From the IMG/VR virus record IMGVR_UViG_2648501400_000018: a stretch of DNA of 32,660 nt; one strand, given 5' to 3'. Below, piece after piece: positions 26,283 to 32,660 of this stretch. The first letter of the stretch is position 1; every line of letters starts with the position of its first letter. The DNA comes from a virus (lineage: Duplodnaviria; Heunggongvirae; Uroviricota; Caudoviricetes). The position numbers and the translations under genes were made by a program. The notes under the pieces are model-generated. The model saw nothing but the letters and a program-made list of their open reading frames with translations. It was not told the origin of the DNA and did not search any database.

Positions 26283-26770
26283 AAGGCGTCACCCGACAGA
26301 CCGGGATTATCAGCGATATCGACGAGGTGAAGGTGTGCGTGCGCGTCACCCTGCCGGAATGCGACGATCTGCGCACCAACTGGCTCCCCATCCTGCAACG
26401 CAATACGCAGGACAATAAGGACTACTGGCTGCCGGATATCGGCGAGCAGGTGGAGGTGCTGCTGGATGATAACGGCGAGGATGGCGTGGTGCTGGGGGCG
26501 GTCTATTCGTCGGTGGATACGCCACCGGTGACGGACAAAGACAAGCGCTATGTGCGGTTCTCCGATAAGGCCGCGATTGAGTACGACCGCAAACAGCACC
26601 AGTTGACCATTAATGGCGGCATTGAAAAAATCGTGATTGAGGTGAAAACCAGCGTCAGCATCACCGCGCCGCAGGTGGTCATCACGGGTAATGTCCGCGT
26701 CACCGGCAATATCAGTGCGTCAGGCTCTATCATCGACGCTGGCGGCAATACCAACCATCACTCTCATTAA
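26279..26770 (+). CDS. Baseplate assembly protein V-like (spike)
   Basis: 163 aa ORF; N-terminal pattern GIISDIDEVKVCVRVTL...WLPDIGEQVEVLL...VVLGAVYSS resembles the P2 gpV N-terminal domain. Confidence 0.65.
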   Translation: MKGVTRQTGIISDIDEVKVCVRVTLPECDDLRTNWLPILQRNTQDNKDYWLPDIGEQVEVLLDDNGEDGVVLGAVYSSVDTPPVTDKDKRYVRFSDKAAIEYDRKQHQLTINGGIEKIVIEVKTSVSITAPQVVITGNVRVTGNISASGSIIDAGGNTNHHSH

Positions 26771-26816
26771 AGCGGTTTAATATCGCCACTTTAGCAACGG
26801 GGGCGACAATGCCCCC

Positions 26817-27176
26817 ATGAGCACACAATCCCATCCTTTAAATCTGCACTGGCAACCGGCCCTGAAACGCGACGGCGAGTACGTCTGTGGGCTGGAGGAT
26901 ATCAGCCAGGCCGTTCACATCATTCTGCGCACGCCGCGCGGTAGCGATCCCCATCGCCCCTTTTTCGGTAGCGACCTGTGGCGCTATATCGACTGGCCTG
27001 CTGAACGGGCGATTCCCCATGTGGTGCGTGAGTCGGTGGAGGCTATCCGCCACTGGGAGCCGCACTGCAAATTTCTCAAAGTGGTGCCGGAACTGGACGG
27101 CGAACATCTCACGCTGCGCATCCAGTGGCGCGCCGCCGATGGCGTTATTAATGAAACGGAGGTGGTATGGCGTTAG
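26817..27176 (+). CDS. Baseplate protein W-like (gp25-like wedge protein)
   Basis: 119 aa ORF; pattern LEDISQAVHIILRTPRGSDPHRPFFGSDL...EAIRHWEP resembles P2 gpW. Confidence 0.65.
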   Translation: MSTQSHPLNLHWQPALKRDGEYVCGLEDISQAVHIILRTPRGSDPHRPFFGSDLWRYIDWPAERAIPHVVRESVEAIRHWEPHCKFLKVVPELDGEHLTLRIQWRAADGVINETEVVWR

Positions 27177-28282
27177 CTGAACCCGATTTTATCGACCGCG
27201 ACCCGGCGCAAATCACCAGTGAGATGATTGCGCAGTATGAAGCGGTGAGCGGTAAAACGCTCTATCCGGCGCAGGCGGAGCGGCTGCTGATTGATGTTAT
27301 TGCCTATCGTGAAAATCTGCTGCGCATCGGCATTCAGGAGGCGGCAAAGCAGAATCTGGTGGCGTTTTCCCGTGCGCCAATGCTCGATTACCTCGGCGAA
27401 CTGGTGGGCGTGAAGCGCCTGCCTGCGCAGGCGGCACAGACCACGTTGCGGTTTTCCGTTGCCAGCGCGCAAAAGCGCAATGTGCTGATCCCGGAGGGCA
27501 CCCGCGCCAGCGCGGCCAACAGCGTGATGTTTGCCACCGATGACGATGTGCTGCTGCCAGCCGGAAGTCTGAGCGTCGATGTCACGGCCACATGTACCAC
27601 CGCTGGCGTTGTGGGTAATGGCTGGCAACCGGCGCAGATTAGCGCACTGGTGGACAGCGTGGCAGGTGTCGATTTGCAGGTGACGAACATTACCGCGTCC
27701 GGCGGCGGCTGCGCCGATGAAAGCGACGACGCCCTGCGCGAGCGTATCCGGCTGGCTCCTGAAAGTTTCAGTAACGCGGGGAGTTATGGCGCATACCGCT
27801 TTCATGCGCTGTCAGTCAGCCAGGCGATTATCGACGTGGCCATCCTCGGCCCGGATGAGGGGCTGGATGAAGGTTGCGTGGAGATTTACCCGCTGACGCA
27901 GGACGGTCTGCCGGGCGATGAGTTGCTGGCACAGGTGGTGCAGGATGTCAGTAAAGAGAAGAAACGCCCGTTGACCGATAAGGTAAGCGCGAAGAAACCA
28001 CTGCGCGTGGCATATCAGATTAACGCGCAACTCACGCTATTCACTAAAGCCGATCAGGACTCGACGCTGCTGGCCGCGCGTAAGGCCATCGCCGACTGGA
28101 CGGCAGAGCGCGAGCGCCATCTGGGGCGGGATATCGTCCCCAATCAAATCATCAAAGTGTTGCAGGTGGCGGGTGTCTATGACGTGGCGCTGGAAACACC
28201 TGCCAAACGAGTGCTCGCGGCACATGAGTGGGCGCAGTGTACCTCGATTGATGTGACCATCGCCGGGGTGAGCGATGGATAA
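27167..28282 (+). CDS. Baseplate protein J-like
   Basis: 371 aa ORF after the W-like gene with overlapping start; size and synteny of P2 gpJ. Confidence 0.65.
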   Translation: MALAEPDFIDRDPAQITSEMIAQYEAVSGKTLYPAQAERLLIDVIAYRENLLRIGIQEAAKQNLVAFSRAPMLDYLGELVGVKRLPAQAAQTTLRFSVASAQKRNVLIPEGTRASAANSVMFATDDDVLLPAGSLSVDVTATCTTAGVVGNGWQPAQISALVDSVAGVDLQVTNITASGGGCADESDDALRERIRLAPESFSNAGSYGAYRFHALSVSQAIIDVAILGPDEGLDEGCVEIYPLTQDGLPGDELLAQVVQDVSKEKKRPLTDKVSAKKPLRVAYQINAQLTLFTKADQDSTLLAARKAIADWTAERERHLGRDIVPNQIIKVLQVAGVYDVALETPAKRVLAAHEWAQCTSIDVTIAGVSDG

Positions 28283-28985
28283 GTTACCGCTTCAACCGCC
28301 GCTCGCCGGGGATGAACGCTTTACCCGGCTGGCAAATCTTGCCGCTGAACGCTTCGCACAACTCGATCTGACCGCGCTTCTGATTTATCTGGTGGATGCC
28401 ACGGCGCTGCCGTCGCTGGCAGAACAGTTCCACGTTCAGGGGCTGGAAGGCTGGCTGTTTGCCCGCGATGAGCGACAAAAGCGCGATCTGATCAAGCAGG
28501 CCATTGAGCTGCACCGCTATCGCGGTACGCCGTGGGCAGTGCGTCAGGTACTGAAGATTCTGGCGTTGGACGGCGATATCAGCGAGTGGTTTGAGTATGG
28601 CGGTAAGCCGTACTTTTTCCGCATGGATGTCACGCTTGAGACGCGCGGGCTGACTGAGGATGAATTTAACGCGCTGATTGTGCTGATCCATGAGTACAAG
28701 AACGTCCGCTCAAAGCTGGAGATGCTGACTATCTGGCTGATTAACCAGAGCCAGATCCCGGTTATCGCCAGTGCTGTTCAGGGCGGCGAGATTGCTACCG
28801 TTCTGCCGTGGATTGCGGAGAGCGTGAGTCAGTCGTCTGCGGTTTATCTGGCGACGGAGTGTTTGAGTGCAGAGGTGGTAACGGTGTTGCCTCCGCTGCA
28901 TGGCAATGTTGAGCAGACCAGCGTTATGAGTGTTGGAGCGGGCTGCTGGAGTATTGAGTTTGTCACTGTTTACCCGGAGGAGTAA
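28275..28985 (+). CDS. Tail protein I-like (baseplate)
   Basis: 236 aa ORF between the J-like gene and the tail fibre gene, overlapping both, as P2 gpI. Confidence 0.6.
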   Translation: MDKLPLQPPLAGDERFTRLANLAAERFAQLDLTALLIYLVDATALPSLAEQFHVQGLEGWLFARDERQKRDLIKQAIELHRYRGTPWAVRQVLKILALDGDISEWFEYGGKPYFFRMDVTLETRGLTEDEFNALIVLIHEYKNVRSKLEMLTIWLINQSQIPVIASAVQGGEIATVLPWIAESVSQSSAVYLATECLSAEVVTVLPPLHGNVEQTSVMSVGAGCWSIEFVTVYPEE

Positions 28986-30685
28986 TGGCGAGTGAATTTT
29001 TTACCATTTTAACCGCCGCTGGCCGCGCGAAGATTGCTGCGGCGCTGGCGGAACAAAAGCAGATAGTGCTGCAAACAATGGTCGTTGGCGACGGCGGCGG
29101 GCAGTATGCCGAACCGAAAGAGAGCCAGACAAAGGTGGTGCGTGAAGTCTGGCGCGGGTCACTGAATACGCTGAAAATCGCCCCGGAAAACCCGGCGTGG
29201 GTGATTGCCGAGGCGGTACTGCCGGAAGCGAAAGGCGGCTGGTATATCCGCGAGGTGGGATTGCTGGATATGGACGGCGTGCTGATTGCCATCGGCAAGT
29301 TCCCGGAAACCTATAAGCCGAAGCTGCCTGCCGGGGCCAGTAAGCAAATTGTGATCCGCGCTGTGATGGAAGTGACGAACGCGGCGGCGGTAACGCTGAT
29401 GGTTGATCCGTCGCTGGTGATGGCAACGGTAGATTATGTGGACTCCAGTATTGAAGAGCACGAAAGATCACATAATCACCCGGACGCAACGCTGACGCAG
29501 AAAGGCTTTACGCAGCTTAACAGCTCCACCAATAGCACGCTGGAAACGCAGGCAGCAACGCCGAAGGCGGTGAAGGCGGCGATGGATAAGGCGAATGAGG
29601 CACTGGAAAAAGCTGGGGCTGATAAAGCGCATAAACATCCGTGGGCCGATATTACCGGGGTGCCGGATGGGACAACGGCGCAGAAAGGGGTTGTGAAGCT
29701 TAATAGCTCAACGAACAGTACCAGTACGACGGAGGCTGCGACACCGAGTGCGGTTAAGGCGGCATATGACCTGGCGAATGGTAAGGCGGCGGGGAGCCAT
29801 AAACATGCCTGGGGCGATATTACCGGGGTACCGGATGGCACTACGGCGCAAAAAGGGATCGTAAAGCTCAACAGCGCGACGAACAGCACCAGTACTACCG
29901 AAGCGGCCACGCCCGGCGCAGTGAAGGCGGCGTATGACCTGGCGAACGGGAAAGCGGCTTCCAGCCATACTCACGCATGGAGTCAGATTACCGGCGTACC
30001 GGATGCAACTACAGCGCAAAAAGGGGTTGTGAAGCTTAATAGCGCGACGAACAGTACCAGTACGACTGAAGCCGCAACGCCGAGCGCGGTTAAGGCGGCG
30101 TATGACAAGGCGAATACAGCAATCTCCAGTTTTGCTCTTTTCACGTCGAATGGGACGTTTACGGTGCCAGTCGGGGTAACGAAAGTGATGGTGGAAATGA
30201 TTGGAGGTGGAGGTGGTGGCGGCGGCGGTGGTGTGGGTGGTGGTGAGCGAATTGGTTATCCGACAGCAGGTAAACCATCACTTTTTGTTCAAGGGATTGT
30301 TGCTGTGAACTCTGGACAAAATGTAACCGTCACAGTCGGCGGAGGCGGTGTTGGGGGATCATCAAAAGTAGATACTGGTGGTGGTTCGATGACCGGGAGT
30401 AATGGGTACGCCGGAGGAAACTCAATTTTCTTAACGCTCACTTCTGTTGGTGGTAGCGGCGGCGGCGGTGCATTGCCAGATTCTGGTCCTGGCAACGCAT
30501 TAAATGAGCCAGGTTCTGATTCAACGCATGGCTATGGCGGGGGGACTAAGTATAACTCGCAGAAAAATGCCGTAGGTTATGGTTCGAGTGGTGCGGCTGG
30601 TACCTCTAAAGGCGTCAGAACTGTTGAAGGGGACTCTACAGCAGGTGGCAATGGTGCTTCAGGTTTTGTCAGAATATGGTGGTAA
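28985..30685 (+). CDS. Tail fibre protein (P2 gpH-like N-terminus, internal tandem repeats, glycine-rich low-GC C-terminal domain)
   Basis: N-terminus (FFTILTAAGRAKIAAALA...VVGDGGG...VWRGSLN...WYIREVGLLDMDGVLIAIGKFPETYKP) matches the conserved gpH anchor domain; about four repeats of AQKG[VI]VKLNS[AS]TNSTSTTEAATP.AVKAAYD; poly-Gly C-terminus. Confidence 0.75.
   Translation: MASEFFTILTAAGRAKIAAALAEQKQIVLQTMVVGDGGGQYAEPKESQTKVVREVWRGSLNTLKIAPENPAWVIAEAVLPEAKGGWYIREVGLLDMDGVLIAIGKFPETYKPKLPAGASKQIVIRAVMEVTNAAAVTLMVDPSLVMATVDYVDSSIEEHERSHNHPDATLTQKGFTQLNSSTNSTLETQAATPKAVKAAMDKANEALEKAGADKAHKHPWADITGVPDGTTAQKGVVKLNSSTNSTSTTEAATPSAVKAAYDLANGKAAGSHKHAWGDITGVPDGTTAQKGIVKLNSATNSTSTTEAATPGAVKAAYDLANGKAASSHTHAWSQITGVPDATTAQKGVVKLNSATNSTSTTEAATPSAVKAAYDKANTAISSFALFTSNGTFTVPVGVTKVMVEMIGGGGGGGGGGVGGGERIGYPTAGKPSLFVQGIVAVNSGQNVTVTVGGGGVGGSSKVDTGGGSMTGSNGYAGGNSIFLTLTSVGGSGGGGALPDSGPGNALNEPGSDSTHGYGGGTKYNSQKNAVGYGSSGAAGTSKGVRTVEGDSTAGGNGASGFVRIWW
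29477..30118 (+). repeat. Tandem coding repeats (about 168-183 bp period, about 3.7 copies) inside the tail fibre gene
   Basis: Repeat units start at about residues 171, 232, 288 and 344 of the fibre protein; nucleotide-level near-identity is visible between units. Confidence 0.6.
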
Positions 30686-30688
30686 CAC

Positions 30689-31291
30689 ATGAAATATGCG
30701 TATTTTGAACCCTCATCAATGAAGGTTTTAGACTGGCTGGATACCGAACAATTATCCTTTGTTTTGCCTGACAGTGTTGTTTCGGTAACTGATGAGCAAT
30801 GGTGTTATCGTGATCGTGAATGCTGGGTCAATATTTCAACCACAGAAATCATCACAACACCTCCACCCGGTGATTTTTATCGGCTTGATGGTGATAAGTG
30901 GGTGTATGACGCAACCAGCTATACTGCTGCGCTAGACGGTGCTAAGTCACTAGTTGTTAAGGCAATCAAGGCGCTACGCGATGAAGTCACTGCCGATTAT
31001 ATCATTATCGGCGACTATCACTTTCACAGCGATGCCAGCAGTCGTATCCAGCAAATGTCACTCACCAGGATGGGGCAAACGAAGCAAATCCCCAAAGGCT
31101 TAATGTGGCAGACCAAAAACCTCGGACTTCTCGAGCTAACCAATGAAATCGCGGCGCAGTTTGAGTCCATTACAATGGATCACGATATGCGCCTCTTTGC
31201 CAATGCCCAGCGACATATTGCCGCCGTTGAGGCGCTGGAAGATATCCTGGCAGTTCAGGAGTATGACTACTCTACGGGGTGGCAACCATGA
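30689..31291 (+). CDS. Hypothetical protein downstream of tail fibre (possible fibre assembly/accessory protein)
   Basis: 200 aa ORF starting 4 nt after the fibre stop; AT-rich like the fibre C-terminus; no motif recognised. Confidence 0.3.
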   Translation: MKYAYFEPSSMKVLDWLDTEQLSFVLPDSVVSVTDEQWCYRDRECWVNISTTEIITTPPPGDFYRLDGDKWVYDATSYTAALDGAKSLVVKAIKALRDEVTADYIIIGDYHFHSDASSRIQQMSLTRMGQTKQIPKGLMWQTKNLGLLELTNEIAAQFESITMDHDMRLFANAQRHIAAVEALEDILAVQEYDYSTGWQP

Positions 31292-31740
31292 GGCCGGTGT
31301 ATCTGGCGTTCTATAAAGGGCGAGCCGATCATCATGGGTTCGCACGTCTTTCCGACTGGCTGACGCGGCTGGTGACGCGGGGTGAGTATTCTCACTGCGA
31401 GCTGGCTGTTGACCAGGGTAACGGCGAGTTTCTTTGTTATTCGTCGTCGGTGCGTGACAAGGGGGTGCGCTGTAAGCAAATGCCGCTGCCACTCGATAAA
31501 TGGGATCTTATCGCGCTAAATGCGCTACCAACCAGTGTGGAGCAGTTCTTCCGTCGAAACGACGCCATGAAATATGACTGGCTGGGGGCTGTGGGATTCG
31601 TTGTTTTTAATCGTGGACGGGAGAACAAATATTTCTGTAGCGAGTTTTGCGCAGATTTTCTTGGACTGGTCGATAGCTGGCGTTATTCACCCAATATGCT
31701 CCACGCGCTGGCCAGCAGTATTCAGACTATGAAGTTATAA
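31288..31740 (+). CDS. Hypothetical protein (Cys/His-containing, possibly enzymatic)
   Basis: Start placed at internal ATG giving an ATGA overlap with the upstream gene; motifs YSHCELAV and KYFCSEFCADF; function unknown. Confidence 0.3.
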   Translation: MRPVYLAFYKGRADHHGFARLSDWLTRLVTRGEYSHCELAVDQGNGEFLCYSSSVRDKGVRCKQMPLPLDKWDLIALNALPTSVEQFFRRNDAMKYDWLGAVGFVVFNRGRENKYFCSEFCADFLGLVDSWRYSPNMLHALASSIQTMKL

Positions 31741-31886
31741 GGGAAACAGCGACCAGAGTCAGGCGGTCACCTGACTCTGACCAGCTAACCCGCAGGAAGT
31801 GTCTGCGAGCCGCCCAGGGCTGCCACTGATGGCCATCAGTCCAATAAGCCTAACAGTTTTTCACATACTGAAAAAGGTTTGCAGAA

Positions 31887-32660
31887 ATGAAAACATTACC
31901 CATTATTCCGTGGCCCGGCGGTAAGCGTCGTCTGGCCAAAAAGTTATTACCGTTATTTCCTGAGCACCAGTGTTATGTAGAGCCATTCTGCGGCGGTGCA
32001 GCCTTGTATTTCATGAAGGAGCCGGTTGAAGCTGAAGTCCTGAACGATATCAACGGCGAACTGGTGAATCTGTACCGTGTGGTTAAAAATCATCTTGAAG
32101 AGTTTGTGCGCCAGTTCAAGTGGGCGTTGAGCAGCAGGCAGATTTTTGAATGGTCGAAAATGACCATCCCGGAGACGCTAACTGATATTCAGCGTGCAGC
32201 GCGGTTTTATTATCTCCAGAAGCAATCATTCGGAGGGAAAGTGGAATCACAGACGTATGGAACGGCGACCACTTCTGCACCACGGCTTAATCTGCTAAGG
32301 CTGGAAGAGGAGTTGAGCGCCGCCCATTTGCGGCTATCACGCACGTTTGTAGAACATTTACCGTGGCGTACCTGCATTGAGAAGTATGATCGCCCGCACA
32401 CACTGTTCTATTGCGATCCCCCGTATTGGGGAACGGAGGGCTACGGTGTTGAATTTGGACTGGAGCAGTACACCCAACTTGCAGAGTTGGCCAGAACGAT
32501 AAAAGGCAGGATGTTGATCAGTGTGAACGATATCCCGGAGATGCGTGAAACCTTTGCGGACTTGTCGATTGATACGGTAGATATTCGCTATACGTTGAGC
32601 GGTGGGCCTAATGCTAATCGCTCGAAAGTCAGCCGTGAGCTGGTCATTCGTAACTGGTAA
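31887..32660 (+). CDS. Dam-family (D12-class) N6-adenine DNA methyltransferase
   Basis: N-terminal SAM-binding pattern PGGKRRL...CYVEPFCGGAALYF; catalytic DPPY in LFYCDPPYWG; C-terminal RMLISVND; arrangement parallels E. coli Dam. Confidence 0.75.
   Translation: MKTLPIIPWPGGKRRLAKKLLPLFPEHQCYVEPFCGGAALYFMKEPVEAEVLNDINGELVNLYRVVKNHLEEFVRQFKWALSSRQIFEWSKMTIPETLTDIQRAARFYYLQKQSFGGKVESQTYGTATTSAPRLNLLRLEEELSAAHLRLSRTFVEHLPWRTCIEKYDRPHTLFYCDPPYWGTEGYGVEFGLEQYTQLAELARTIKGRMLISVNDIPEMRETFADLSIDTVDIRYTLSGGPNANRSKVSRELVIRNW

Larger units (their letters stand above)
1..32660. mobile_element. Internal segment of a Mu-like transposable prophage (early transposition module on minus strand, lysis/head/tail module on plus strand); no prophage ends seen in window
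   Basis: Co-occurrence of ner-like, MuA-like DDE transposase, MuB-like ATPase, gemA-like and mor-like genes, plus Mu-type head genes (gp27-like, terminase, portal, F, G, I) and P2-like tail genes. Family assignments from motif reading only. Confidence 0.7.

Noticed and set aside
29476-29910. 144 aa minus-strand ORF inside the tail fibre gene
   Set aside because: Created by the tandem repeats (its translation is itself repetitive); antisense to the fibre gene.
29477-30118. Tandem repeats as a possible CRISPR array
   Set aside because: Units are about 170 bp, in frame within a coding gene, with no unique spacers and no cas genes; they are protein repeats.
30200-30245. GGT/GGC-rich run as a regulatory microsatellite
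   Set aside because: It lies in frame inside the tail fibre gene and encodes a poly-glycine linker.
1-32660. Prophage attachment sites or Mu-type ends within the window
   Set aside because: Both window edges fall inside phage genes (mor-like at the left, methyltransferase at the right); no terminal repeats or host flanking sequence could be identified.

Overview
This ~32.7 kb window lies inside a Mu-like transposable prophage; no rRNA, tRNA, CRISPR array or att/end sequence was recognised, so both window edges appear to be internal to the element. All family calls are from reading the ORF translations against remembered protein families, with no database search, and derived coordinates (starts, hairpins, indel sites) may be off by a few bases. 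Minus strand 20-7319 carries the early/transposition operon: ner-like regulator, four small early genes, a MuA-like DDE transposase, a MuB-like ATPase, accessory early genes, gemA-like and mor-like. Plus strand 7401-32660 carries an XRE-type repressor-like gene, an AT-rich three-gene cargo, a lysis cassette, Mu-like head genes, a P2-like contractile tail module and a Dam-family methyltransferase. The divergent early/late layout resembles what I recall of BcepMu/SalMu-type phages rather than Mu itself. The most interesting candidate is the repressor-linked cargo: a lipoprotein, an NdpA/YejK-like nucleoid-associated protein homolog, and a translationally coupled 2-TM membrane protein, placed like rexAB beside cI in lambda. 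The element looks partly decayed: no major capsid gene between the protease/scaffold gene and the tail genes, a sheath gene joined out of frame to a short ORF, an in-frame TGA in the F-like gene, and frameshifts in a U/N-like tail gene and a small late gene.
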